NCBI RefSeq assembly: GCF_009834535.1
Contig: NC_045707.1
Coordinates: 51,338,001-51,402,000 of the forward strand
Direction: 5' to 3'
Source: Camelus ferus
Taxonomy: Eukaryota
Length of the DNA: 64,000 bases
The position numbers and the translations under genes are program-made. The notes under the pieces are model-generated. The model was not told the DNA's origin. It did not search any database and was given only the letters and a program-made list of their open reading frames with translations. This document shows, in pieces, positions 50,940-64,000 of the stretch; within the stretch, counting starts at the first letter, position 1; each line of letters starts with the position of its first letter.

Positions 50940-53294
50940 GAGTCATAAATATTATTTAACTTTCATGTATATAGCCACAGTTTCCAGCATTGTGTAAGTG
51001 CTCAATACACAGTTTTTCAATAAATTAGTATCTACAAAATTATTAATGAGTTTTTCTTAGAATCATGCAAGTTTAAAATTAACAACAACTGTAAAGTTTA
51101 GCTCTTTCATATTTCTTGAGCTAGGGGTTTTAAAAGTTTATTGATTATGTATTTTTGTATAAGTTTTAGTTCCTGCCTATGTAAAACCCCCATGTTTACT
51201 CTGATACATAAAAAGTTACTGAACACATCACAAATGATGACATCCTATTTAGAAGTGCTCAACTTTAATAACAATACAGTAAACAAATCTCCTTATACCC
51301 CCATTTAAACATTTTCATGAACTGCTTGTATTTTTTAATATTTCAAGAACAAACTGACCATTCTGTACAGGTTTTCAACATTCATTAAAAATGTACCATC
51401 CCTTAAACACAAACTGTCCTCCTTTCAGCATAGCATAAAAAAATAATTAACAATTGATTTTTGTGTCTTGCTAACATGTAAATTAAACATATGCCATGTT
51501 TGAATCCACAGGAAAAAAACCTATCTGTAAGCCCCTACTTTTAAAATAGGAAATCAAAAACTATTTTTTTTCCCACAGTGATATATAGGTTGCCAGTTTA
51601 ATTTGGGTTGATATCTCAAAAGTGGTCAGACATTACTTCAAAATAAAGAAAATGTGAAGAAATATCTTACCCAATGGTCCAGTGACAGTATGTACTCTGA
51701 CTGTATAAATGAGTTACCAAAAAGTAATATTCTCATCTTTGAATGATTTTCTGTTCAACAAGAGTTGTTGCTTAACTCCATAGCCCTCCTAGCTACTCTG
51801 ACTTTGTGGAATGTGATTTTGGAGCAACAGATTGTTATATGAATGTATGGATTAGTGTGATTTGATATCAGAGTGTTATTATTCAAAGGGATTTTTTTAC
51901 ACAATGTTTTAAGATTGTGTTATGTAATACTAGTGTATTGGTTTTATGGTTCTGGAAAGTCAAATTAAAAGAGGACATAAAAATTCAAAGGAGCTTAACA
52001 CTGTTTACAAAGGCCTGGGATTCTTGTATTGGTAAAATCAGTCAATTATTAGCAAAGCTACATGAATAGTCAGCCATTGGACAATTTCTGGGCTTTGTTA
52101 TACCTTATCTATCTAGTTCAAAGTAACTTGAGATGATACTGGATTTCCCAGAATATTGTAATAGGCTCCCTCCCTCTGTCAGGTATTAAGCTCTGTGAAA
52201 AACTGCCTCCTTCTACTTGTGTGATAGGACTTTTTTTGTTCCTTTTTGGCAAGTTATCTTTCTTGTTTGTCTCCCCAGGTTGTCATCAAATTGTTCTTAT
52301 TAAATACAATATATGCAAAGTACGATGCCGCATTATGTAAAGAACAGTCAGCAGACATGGCCCAGCACATTCATTTCTATAATCTTCCCTGTTCTGGTAC
52401 AGAGTTCCTGATTGCATAGTTTTGTTCTTTCTTTGGTTTTCAGGCCTGTAGAATTGCTGATGCAATTACAGATTATGGGCAAAACTGTAGACTTCTTCAT
52501 CATAGAGAGCATAATGAACCAGGAAATCATGAGTGTGAATATATTTATATATTTCCATTTTCTTGTAGGATTAAATGAAATTAAGTAAAATTCCTAGCAC
52601 AGTTCTAGCACTCACTAGTGATCAAAAAATATTATAACTTTCCTCACTGGAATGATTGAAAAGCACAATAGAAGTACTTTTTGAAGCACAGAAGCAAGGG
52701 TAAGTCCATGAGGAAAAGTCAAGTGTTAAAATAGCAATTGTAAAAGGCAAGAGTGCATATGAATATTCATTAACAGTTTCACTGTTGTATTCAAAGTTAG
52801 GAAGAGTATATATACCCTGAAGACAGAGGTTAATGATAATAGTATAAACAGAAATCCTCAAATATTTCATTCCATTATGCTTTATACGGAGAAAATTGGG
52901 AAAAATTAATGACTAACCAACCATCAGTCATCCCAGAAGACAAAAATTAATGTTTTTCTGATTGTAATTCTTAAGCATGATTAAAGATGATTATTTTAAA
53001 AAAGTTATTTTTCTAATGGAATATTTAGCCCCTTTCTGTCCTTAATTTTAACTGTGAAATACATAGCAGTTTATTTCTGGGATAGCTTTCTTTTTGATGG
53101 AAAGGAGCATGTGTTCAATTTTTGATTGACTGTATAGAACTGGTCCCAGATTACTTTGTTTTTATAGCTCAATTAAATCTTTGAGTGAATGCCAAGTCAG
53201 GCATAGCTTAAAGTTGAAACTAAAGTTCTGGATAAATTCATGTGTCCCGTGTTTCAAAGCACGGCTCGGGTATCAATCTGATTAATAGCGTCTA

Positions 53295-53525
53295 TTCATT
53301 AAGCACATACTATGAGTAAGAAACCGTACTGGGTGGTTTACATATGTTATCTCATTTAATGATAATAGCAGAGTTACTAAGTTCATAATGTTATGCTTTG
53401 ATAGCAGATGAAGAAATAGCCTCAGAAAGATGTAAGTGACTTTTCAAAGAAGTCATACAACCAGAGAATGTTGGAGTTGGAGTTCCAACACTGGACCATT
53501 TGATTCGCAGTGTAGGCTTTTCTAT
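53295..53525 (-). mobile_element. MIR SINE
   Basis: TATCTCATTTAATG...CAGATGAAGAAATAGCCTCAGAAAG...AAGTGACTT. Confidence 0.7.
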
Positions 53526-53587
53526 TACTTTACTGCCTATTTTAGTCTTAAGAAACTCGTTATTTGGAAAGGAGTTATCAAAACCTT

Positions 53588-54210
53588 GTTAAGGTGGTTT
53601 TACACAGTCAGGTAGTTAAGGTGGAACTATGTTTCCCAGAATTTCCTTCTCTGCATAAATCTGGGTTAGGGTTAACCACAAGGGAAAATGCATACAACTT
53701 AGAAGGCAGAAGGGAAGTAGCAGCTGTTGTGTTCTGAAGGTCAGTGTTGAACTCCAGGTACCACCAGAGCTTGTCCACTGTGTGATGGGCTGGCTTACCT
53801 TGTTGCTGTGGGACAGCCATGAAGCCCTCAGCGTCCTTACCTTCTGCGGTCCTGGGCCAGGTGAGGGAGCAGTCCTTTGAGGAAAGCACCGACTGCTTTT
53901 CCACATCACCTGGATCCACAAAGTAGGAGTTTGTGGAGAGAGGTAGTTCCTGTTTGCCCCTGTGGGTTGCAGTTTTCCTTGAGATTTGAAATGTTTTTAT
54001 AGCGTTCCTCTGGTATGTGTCAGCTTTTCTTCCTTTCTCCTGGCCCTGTTGCCCTATAGTGACTTTAGGGCCACTTTCAGGCTGGAAACAACCTTCTGTA
54101 GAGTTCTGCACCAGCCCCTACAAACTGGGCAAGGTTTAATCTTTATAGTGAATCACTTACTCTGCATCGTATCTAGTGGTTCTGCCTCGCTGATGGAACC
54201 ATGACTGCTG
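53588..54210 (+). mobile_element. ERVL LTR (MLT2-like)
   Basis: ACTATGTTTCCCAGAATTTCCTT near the 5' end; GGTTCTGCCTCGCTGATGGAACCATGACTG at the 3' end. Confidence 0.65.
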
Positions 54211-55659
54211 TTCCTGTGAAGTATGTCTTGCAGTGGTCATGGCAGATAGACTATTTCTGGAACATTCTGACAGTGTATCTTTGAAGCAAACTATAACCTA
54301 TCTCTGTTAAATTGCAAATTAAGCAAAGTCTTTTTTTTTTTGCTTGAAAGGGAATGATTTCGAAAGCTAAGATAATCACTCTAAAGCTCATTTTACCGAA
54401 CAACTGTATCAAACATATTAGAGTCACAATATGATTTACATGCTTAAAGTTACATTCATGAAGCCAAAATACCAGCTTGTATTATTCACTGGCTCTTGAC
54501 TGTGACTCTCCTGTAAGTCATCCAAATTAATTTGCATAGGATCAATTCTAATCTCTGCTGTTGAGTATTTTGTGCTTTGTATTAATTAAGGTGTTGGCTT
54601 GTAATTACTCCATTTATTATGCCCCTCCTCAGTTTCTGTATTACTAACAATTACCCTGCCTTTAATACTACAAGAAATGTATTAAATCTACATCTAAGTT
54701 GACTTTAAAATATTTAACTCTTATGTGACAGATCAGCATGTCTTCTTTTTCCCCTTCTAAATTGCACAGAAGCAGCTTAATTTGTTATCTCATTTGAGAT
54801 ATTTTGGATTACCCATGCACATGGACCTGTGTAATGTCAGGCTACACATCCGATGAGGCTCTCCTACCATTTAAAAGGAAATAAGAAATAGAACTGAAAT
54901 GCATCTAATAAGTACTTCTCTTTCCCCTATTTTTACCCTTTCTTTACATTTCATGAATCTTCATATTTGTAAAGAAACTGAGACATATACCCTTGAAATG
55001 AAAGGCCCATTAACCTGATAATAATAAAAACTGATAAAGGAGTCAGAAATATAGCAATCTCTTTGGGTCTTCTTTAAGGTTTAAAATGCTTCTCTGTACA
55101 TTACCTTAATAACCATAAGAAAAGTGTGGAATAGCAAATATTATCAGCCTTATTTTAAAGATGAGAAAATTGAGACTCAGTGATTTTTAAAGACAAAATC
55201 ACAGAGCAAAGGAGTGATTGAGCCAAGACTTAAAGTCTGGTTAATCAATTTTTGACTATGTTATGTATCCAGTTTTTGTTTTTTTTAATGGAAAGCAAAT
55301 GATATAGTGGAAAGAACACATGTTTTAGAATTTTATGACTTTTTGAATCAAAGATCTGTGAGCTTAACCAAAGCCCTGTGACTTTGAGCAAATCAATTTG
55401 TTGATATACTTTTTTCTGATTTATAAATGAGAGTCATAACATTTAATTTTCAATTTTAATTATGAAAAAATCTCCCAGAATATAGTATGGAATTGTTGCT
55501 TACCAAGTTTGCAGATGATTAACATACGATTATTGGTCTCTTACTGAGTATTTGTTTTATCTTTGAGTATTCAGTTCTAAAATATTTGAATGCCTAAGTA
55601 ATTATGTTACTCTTTCAAGTTATTTTTATCCTTTGGAGTGTGTCTCTAACATTATAGGA

Positions 55660-55846
55660 TAATGGTTCTCAAATTTTAGCATGCATTAGAGTCACCTGAG
55701 GGGTTTGTTAAAGCACCAATTGTTTCAACTTTAGAGTTTGTGATTCAGTAAATCTGGAATGGGATCCAAAAATTTGCATTTCTAACAAATTCTCAGTTGA
55801 TATTGCTGCTGCTGGCCCAAGGATGATACTCTGAGAACCTTTGCTA
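55660..55846. mobile_element. MER5A-like hAT-Charlie fossil
   Basis: TGGTTCTCAAA...TGATTCAGTAAATCTGG...TTTGCATTTCTAACAA...TGAGAACC. Confidence 0.82.
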
Positions 55847-55949
55847 TTGGTGAAAATATCAAAGAATATATAATATGATGAAGAGAACTTTACTTTCCAA
55901 ATAAAAGGAAAAAATCCACATGCAAATAAAAACATTTGACTTGAAGTAT

Positions 55950-56180
55950 ATTTTTAATAACTGAGAACCACTTTAGATTTACAGAAATATTGAGATTATA
56001 GTTAGAGTTACCATATACCACAAACCAAGTTTTATTATTATTAACATTTGATATTAGCATGATACAGTGTTGCATTTAATAAACCAATACTGATAACACT
56101 ATTATTAACTACAGTTGGGTCCATAATCTATTCAGATTTTCTTAGTTTTCACCTAATGCCTTTTTTTGGTTCCAGAATAC
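55950..56180 (-). mobile_element. L1MB/MC 3' end fragment
   Basis: TTTAGATTTACAGAAA...AAACCAATACTGATAACACTATTATTAACTA. Confidence 0.65.
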
Positions 56181-56919
56181 AAAGGTTACTTGTTTGTTTT
56201 TGAGTACTTCCTTATATACCCCTATACTCCCATACCTAAAGGAAATGGTGAGTACTTTAGTGGATGCTACTATCTATGCCACGCTAAAAAATAATGGGGA
56301 TTATTGCTTTCCTCAGGAGCAACTGCCTCATTTAGGTCCATTTCTCAACAATCTGGGAAGAGGATCTCTCACTCTCCAACACCTTTTTATTTTCTGTTCC
56401 TTCAGCTTTCTACCACAACCTCTCCCTGTGTCTCTGACCATCATAACTACCCCTTCCCCTTGGTTACAAAAAATACCACTAATCTTTACAAATACCTTAC
56501 TGAACTATCAGTTCATACCCTCCAACAATGTAACTTCGGGACCTGCCAACTTGACCCAAGGAATATGACACGGCATTATTATCATGAAAAGCGTAACTGA
56601 TAATACTTTCACATTTTATAACTACACCAAGATGTTGTTAGAGACTCCATAAATTTCAGATCTGTTTTATTGGCTAATGCTATACAAATGGTGAATTTGG
56701 TTATGAGATGGCGTATAAGAGATTCTTTACATGTTCGTGTTTTGCCTTTTTTTTTTCCTCATAATAAAATGTTTTCTACAGTGCTTAGGGCATTTTATAT
56801 CCTACTCTCTGGAAGCCTCCTCTATTATTCAGGCCACTCAAATACTTGTAATAATTGAGCTCAAAACTTATGTCAAGACATCAAAGAGTCAGCTTGTAAT
56901 ATAGATTTTTTTGAAATGC

Positions 56920-57355
56920 TGTCATGACCCAGTTTTGAGGTTCTGGCTAGAGGCCAGTCAGTTCTTCTTAAGCACTTGATTAAATCCACACCACAACCAC
57001 TTCCTTAATGAGGATCTCATACTCTGGGGCCACTTCCCTAATTGCCCCAGGACCAGGTACCAGACAACTAGGGACAGTTCCTATACCCTGGAGCCTACAA
57101 AATTATTCAAATTAGCCGAATCCACAGGGAACATGATTAACCTTGCTATCTTGGTTGCCATATATAAACTGCCTTCTAACAACTCCAACTTGCTGGTACC
57201 CTGTCCCTCACTACAACCTCCTGTTTGGCCCTACCTGACAGCCTTATCTTGTTTGGATCTGTAAGGAATAAAGAGATATGAATCAAGAATTCATTTACCT
57301 AAGTGTCATTGTGTTGTGTCCTGCCATCAAAAGAATCTTTACCTTTTATAAAACT
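56920..57355 (+). mobile_element. ERVL LTR (MER74/MER73-like)
   Basis: CCAGGTACCAGACAACTAGGGACAG...AAATTATTCAAATTAGCC...AATAAA. Confidence 0.7.
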
Positions 57356-57907
57356 ACTTACAGGGTTCCAAAGCAACTCCAACATGTGTCACATTAAACC
57401 TGCACGCCTATAATAACAACACCAGAGTCGTAATATTTTTAGTGGACCTCACATCCACTTTTCTGCTGGTGTCAACAAGGAAACAAAGGGAGTCTGAGGA
57501 AACAGCAGCAAAGTGAATATAAGCCTACAAAGGAACTAGAGGCAACAGTATTGATTGAAAAATCTACGTAGGGGGTATATAAATACAAAAGTTCTGATTT
57601 CCCACATGTTGGGCAGGGTCATTAACTCTGGCAGCTAATTAGAACCACCAGGGAAGATTTTACTAAATACTGTGCCTAGGTGCTTAACCCAGAGACACTG
57701 ATTAGATCCAGATATTGATATTCATTAAGGTTTCCCAAGTAATTCAAACATAATGATAAGTAAAGGAGTCATTCCTGAGTTAAAGAAAGCTAACCATGGG
57801 AAACAGGGATGCAAGTATAAGTGAATGCTAGAATAAATAAAAGCAGTATATCAGTAACCAATCAAAAATAGCTGATAATCATTGAGAGATAAATGTATCA
57901 ATGGTTT

Positions 57908-58640
57908 GTGTAGGAGAAATGGCTGGTTGTCCAATGATAATAGTTTTTTCCTCATATAATGTTATTTCTTGCTGTTGTCTACCTAGAAAATGATTATATT
58001 TTCTAAGTCTTTGTATTTGAGGCCTGCCTTGTTCTTGCTAAGAGAGTGCTACCAAAAATGATGTGTGCCACTCTTAGCCAAGAAAAAGGATGTATTTTCT
58101 CCAAATATTCTCTTATTTCCTCTCCTGACCAGCTGTGAAATGTGCAGAGTAACTTCAGCTCATGTATTTAATGTTGACATTGTCTGTGGTATTGGGTCCA
58201 TAGCAGGTCCCCCCAACAACTTGGAACACCTGCACTAGATTGTTACATACATAAGAAATGTAGCTACATTGTATCAAGCCTCTGACATCCCATATGCATT
58301 TATTACAACAAATAACATTCTAACATATGAGATTTTAATATTAGGGTGATGCTATAGCAGATATAAAATATATAGCCATGGCTTAGTGGTTGGGTAGCTG
58401 TCAATAAAAAAGAAAGAATAAAGCAGGCTGGAAGTCAGGAGAGCCTGGTGATGCTGTGGAGGAACTGTTGCCTGCAGTAACTTTGAAGGCAGTCATGTGA
58501 CTTAATAAACCCAGATTGAGGAGAAATTGTTATGAAGAACCAGAGTGTCATGGCCTATGTGGTTATAATTGGTTGTCTTTAGCAAAATGTTACAAGAAAG
58601 ATATGAGCATAGAAAAGAATTGGTTCATTTTGGAACACAG
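57908..58640 (+). mobile_element. MaLR LTR (MLT1) with adjoining internal-region remnant
   Basis: TGATGTGTGCCACT motif in the LTR part, then MLT-int-like GGCTGGAAG...TTACAAGAAAGATATGAGC. Confidence 0.55.
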
Positions 58641-61600
58641 ACAAATTATATAACTATAGGTAAAATATTTATATTTTCATATCATTAAATTGCAAGCTTA
58701 CTATTGCAGGTTTTAAAAATAAATATTTTATACATTGTAGAACAGATTTAAAAATATGGAAATCATATAATACTATATTTTTATAATTCTCTCTTTGTTT
58801 CTTTCATATTTTGATCCATCAATTTGTATTGTTTAAAAGAATTATGGTGAGAGTAATCTAAACCTATATAAAGGGTAAAATATACAATGTGAAGATTATA
58901 GCAAGACATCATATTGTTTTTTTTTTATGACAGAGAAATGACTGCCAAGGAATTTGGAACATCGTATTTGCTGATTTTGTGAGCCATCTATTGTTGCACA
59001 GGGTTTTGCAATTTATGAAGTATTTTCATAAACTCGTTTGATGTTCCACTTGAGCACATGAAATAGGACAGGAATGACACTAATAGAAAGAAGGTTCATG
59101 CTAGGATTAAAAACACCCCATTATCTGTGTCTCCTCACTTCTTGGTGATATGGAAACTTTTATTTCCTAGCATTCTTAGTAATTGGCCATGAGGCTAGTT
59201 CTAGTTTGTGGGCCAAGAACAGAAGAGGGATATGCATTTAAGAGCTGCTCTGTGATTTTTCTGAGCTTTATTTCTCTACCACAGAAATAGTGGAATCACA
59301 TGTTGGGATGAAGGGCTTTAACAAGAGAAACAGCCTGGATCTCTCAGCCACTTTACAGAGACCAGTTGCCCTGGTATGTTACCCAGACCCTCAGCTGACT
59401 TTTATAAACTAGAAATAAACGTTAGTTGGGCTAAGATACTGAATTTTAAGTTGTTTGTAATATAACCTAGTCAATCTTATCTAATACATCTTATTTTCAT
59501 AAAACTATTTTGATTGGCCAACTTAGGTCTTTCTTCAGCTCAGAAATATTTTCCTTGACATACTTTCTTTGGTAATTATTTTTGCTTTATTTTGTTCCAC
59601 AATATAGGTAAGGAATAAAATTATGTTTTGATTTTTAGTACATTTAGATTCCTTCTTTTGGATTTGTCATCTTTTAACGTAATTTCTTAAATTTTTTGCT
59701 TAAGACTATTTTAAGATTTATCTAATTTCTGAAGTTCATATTGTTAATTTCTTCTATCTGCTACATAATATTACATAGTATATATCTATCATATATCCAT
59801 TCCCCTAGTGATGGATACCAACTACTCACTACATGAACACCTTGCTAAGGCATATTCCTATGTGTCTCCTATAAACTAGTGGAAGAATTTCTTGGCCATA
59901 TACATATAAGAGTGGAATTCTTGGTTTGTATGCGTGTTAAATTTTGCTAAAATATTGCCAGAATTCTCATCAAAATGATTGTCCCAGTTGACACATCTAG
60001 CAGTAGTTCACGAAGGTTTCATCTTCTTGTATTTACTAAAAACTGACATTATTTACTTTTCACATATTTACCACTCTGATGTATGTAAAGCAAGTTATCA
60101 TTTGCATTTTACTTTGCATTTCTATGCAAAAGCTGATCATCTCTATATTTACAGTTGTTAGCTCTTTGCTTGCTCTTCTGCAAATGCCGTTTCATATTCT
60201 TGCTGTTTGAAAGCATACACTGTGTATTGGTTTTACACACTGCAGCTATCTTCTCCCAGTTAACTTATAGTGTTTTTTTTTTATTATAATTTACTCTAAT
60301 TTCTAGGAACACTTCTTGATTTTTCTCTTCTAACTTTACTGATAAGATTTTCTCAATATTTACCCTGCAACTTCCAATCATGGTTATAATTTGACAATTA
60401 ACTTTTAAAAACTTAATATTTTTTTTTGAATTTCACCTGATTTTCTCTTGATGATTATCTTCTCTATACAACATCTTCTTCAATCCAACTGAAAAATACT
60501 AACCAAAAATCTTTTAACATTTTATTCTGCTTCCAGAAATATTTTTTGTAGGTGAGGCATTTTTCTTCAATTTTAAAGAATAACCCGCTATTTTGAATGT
60601 CAATCTCTTTTCATAGTTCTAATTACTTTTCTTTGTAAAATGCTTGTAAATAAATAATGAAATTATTTCTTTCTTCTCTAGCTCTGAAACTGTATGTTAA
60701 AATTTTCAGTTAAAATATCCCACTTTTTAGGCTCAATTCCTCCTATCTTTTATTCTTCCCTTATAAGGGGAAGCTCTTTGATTTCTTACCTTCTCTCTGT
60801 CACTTCCCCTTTATATTAGTTTCTATCATCCAACACTCTTGACGATACTGTCACATTCCTTCTCTTTATTCAGAACTGCATAGTTACTTCTGTTTAATGA
60901 CCTGCTCTATCCTAAATGTCATGTTTCAAGCTCAACATTTTTATAATTGTTGGATGTTTTTGCTTATTTGCATGCCTAAATCCTACTCACTCCTTACTGA
61001 TTCTCCTATTTTGAAGGCTTCCTTAATTCTTTTAATGTGGCTTCTATACCCCTTACATCTTGTTATATAGCTTCCTGAATCTCCTCTTCTATAATGTCTC
61101 TTTCATTATAACTGTTTTCATTATATATAAAATTTATATGTTTCACCACTACATTAGACATGTAAGCTCTTTGGAAAAAAATGTGATTTTTTTCTTCATT
61201 CATCAGTCTACCCTCAAGAACTGTCTTGTTGCTGGACATATAATTGATTTCCAATAAATATTTGTTGAATGAGTAAATAATGAACGGATAAGTATAGGCA
61301 TATAGCAAGCTTCCAAATGTCTTTTGAATCCTTATTCAAATCTCAGTTTCCTGTCTTATTTGGTAAGCTAGAAATTATTCATTGTAAATTTCTTTCTGGA
61401 CATGTGGAAATCATATTTAGGAACAAAATATTCTAAATAGAGTAACACAGTGCTCTTTAATAAATCTTTTCAGAAACACACACACCATAAATCAGTCTTT
61501 TGTAATGAATTTCCTGTGTAAATCTTAATTATTATTTATTGTTGAAATATCTCTGATATAATAGTTTTGTTTTTCTTCCTTGGAAGAAGAAATAAAATGT

Positions 61601-61995
61601 ATATAGCTATACAACGTGTAGAAGAGTTTTCCCCTCAAAGCATTTCATCCTAATGTTTTAAGTCCAGGTATAACCCTTATCAAAATAATTATAGAAATTT
61701 AAAAAATGGAAACAAAGCTATAAAAGCAAAATAGGACTCTAGATTTTCTGTTCCAAAGGTACACAGCTCTTTAAAAGCTGTATCATCTTGAAGATACCTC
61801 TATAAATGGTGTGTTTCTTGAATCTTTCAGATGAAAGTAATGACTTGGACACCTTAGAAAGAATTATTTTAAAGGCAATATAATGATATAATTTGAAAAT
61901 ATGCAGTATATAATGCTTGTGGGCATAAATTCCACCCAAGAATGCTCATAGTTTAAAAGGGTTCCCTAGGGAAAGGGTGTAGTAATTGGTAAAGT

Positions 61996-62552
61996 TGCTA
62001 TCGTGAGAAGGGAAAAAGGTCTCCATTCTTGTCTTACCCTAGAGAGAAAATTCACACAGGAGACTGAAAGTGTAATATAAACAGAAAATTTTATTAGTAG
62101 AGCAAAGGTTAGTCAAGTAGAGTACACCTTTGAGAATTGAAGGAGGGCCAACCCAAGAGAGGAAAAAAATGGCACCACTCCACTCCTTTGTTTCTCCTGT
62201 CATATCCTGGCTTAGAGATGTTCTCGTGATTGATTGACAGCCCATGTCCCTTGAGTACTTAGGCATGCCCATCTCCTTTGCACATACTCTTACCCATGAT
62301 GCACACAGAAAAGCCTAGTGTAGGGGGTGCCAAACCACAATACTAATTACATTATAATGAGCATTGGATTATGTTGTCAGGTCCTGCTCTCTACTGTGCA
62401 GCTGCATTGTCTGATTCTAATCAGTTACTTTGTTGGCACTCATTTAGAGAAAGTAAAACTCTTTGAAGCCCCTTATCTGCTATCTTCTTGGTTGCTTCCT
62501 CCCCTTTCCTCTCCCCCTTACCTGGTGCTCATTTCAATCTAACAGCCTAACA
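61996..62552 (-). mobile_element. ERV1-type solo LTR (557 bp)
   Basis: TG...CA ends; exact 4-bp TSD AAGT (61992-61995 and 62553-62556); AATAAA on the minus strand. Confidence 0.85.
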
Positions 62553-63337
62553 AAGTGACTTTAACAAAGGTAAATCTCTGATAGCAAGGAAAACTTTACT
62601 AGTATGAAAAGGAAGCAACTAATTGAAAAAAAATGGTCTGAGTTAAAGCACAATCTACCCCAGGATAACTAGATTTAGAGTGGCAAATAAACCAGAAAGT
62701 GATTTTCAATTCCCTATATACTACAACTTAAAATATATTTACCAGTGAGTTGAGTTTGACCATCTCTTGCAAAAAGATGCTGTCACCTTCTGTTCATTTT
62801 TAGTGAGCAAATGCCCAATTTTGCCACATTCATGAAATCTAGTTTTACTCTGTAATTATGGATGTTAGTGTTGTTCTTCATCTAGTCTTATGTGATTTGG
62901 GCCAATGAAATATTTCATTTGAACCTCTTGACATAAGGTAGTTTGAGGCAAAGGGAAAAAACTCTAGAATTAAAGTCAAAATATTTGTCTAAATTCCTCA
63001 CTAAGATCCTTATTGGATCCTTCAATTAAGAAGTCCTTAGTAAATCTCTGTCAGCCTCAGTTTCTTCATGGAAAGTGAGACCAGAAACACAGCCTGGACT
63101 TATCAAAGGAGATAATATTTGTGAACGTTTTTAAGAAACTGTAAAACATTTTATAAATGTTGTTATTTGTCAATAATTCATTGTCAACAATTAATTTGCC
63201 TAATTTCTAAAATTTCACCCTTTTTAGTTGGTCAAATTAAACATTTCTCTTGTATTACATGCAGAGTGGAATTAATTGTTGGAATAAAAATTAACAACTA
63301 ACAGATCTTGCTAATTCTGCTGGGAATATGTAATTAT

Positions 63338-63658
63338 CACTGGCCCTCTGAGCTGTGGTTCTACATTTAAGGACTCAACAAAATGCAGATTGAAACTATT
63401 AGGGGAAAAAAGCCAGAAAGTTTCATAATGCAAAACTTGAATTTACTGCTTGGCAGCAATTATTTACATAATATTTACATTGGATTAGGTATTACAATTA
63501 ATCTACAGATGACTTAAAGTATATATGAGGATGTGTGCAAGTTATATGCAAATACTACAGCTGTTTTATTTAAAGGACTTGAGCATCCATGGATTTTGGT
63601 ATGCACTGGGGTCCTGGAACCAATCCTTCCCCACTCCCCTCAGACCCAGAGATGACTA
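63338..63658. mobile_element. Tigger3/MER7-like DNA transposon fossil
   Basis: GGACTTGAGCATCCATGGATTTTGGTAT...GGTCCTGGAACCAATCC...GATGACT; similar to 46291-46488. Confidence 0.82.
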
Positions 63659-64000
63659 TATATCTGCTTTATCAAACTGGAACTTTTGTCAGTTTGAAAC
63701 TGTATTATTTGATCCCTGGACTTGTGAATTTCCTGAACCAGTGAGGAAAATAGTATAAGGGCGTGTACCCTTAGCCTTACTAATAAGTAGAATCGTTAAA
63801 AAATAATTATGATCTCTTTATCACCATTATTTCATAAAACCAAGACATCTTGAACATCTTCCTCCTCCCCCAAATAGGAATCTAATCTCAAATTAGAGGA
63901 GAGTCTGGACAGCATGGTGTAGTATGCTTGAGAAGGAAGAGGAAAAGGGATACCACTGTGACTCAGAGAGAATAGTTAATTTTAAGAGACGTTTGTGGCA

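Noticed and set aside
52255..52540. Candidate host exons after two polypyrimidine-AG sites
   Set aside because: No convincing donor sites and the translations match nothing I recognise
53608..54111. 167-aa ORF as a host gene
   Set aside because: Lies antisense within an MLT2-like LTR; no recognisable domain

Overview
AT-rich, repeat-dominated eutherian mammal DNA (intergenic or deep intronic). I recognise no host protein-coding exon, and most ORF-track entries are chance ORFs or transposon remnants. The main feature is a ~6.05 kb class I (gamma-like, HERV-H/W-type gag) endogenous retrovirus on the minus strand at 1675-7723. It has two ~625 bp LTRs (~4% divergent by manual count), a near-perfect 4-bp TSD, a polypurine tract and a tRNA-Lys(CUU)-type primer binding site. 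Its gag is decayed and carries two CCHC knuckles. An internal deletion removes most of protease and all of reverse transcriptase, leaving RNase H and integrase, and there is no env. A solo LTR of the same family lies in the opposite orientation at 30270-30909. The rest is a patchwork of other solo LTRs (several with exact TSDs), MaLR/ERVL LTRs, old and young L1, L2, MIR, Tigger/MER5 fossils, microsatellites and a 30-nt tailless U6 retrocopy. L1 3' ends of cetartiodactyl type, with no ruminant, pig or whale SINEs seen, suggest a camelid genome (inference). Repeat subfamily names are from recalled consensus motifs, not database searches.
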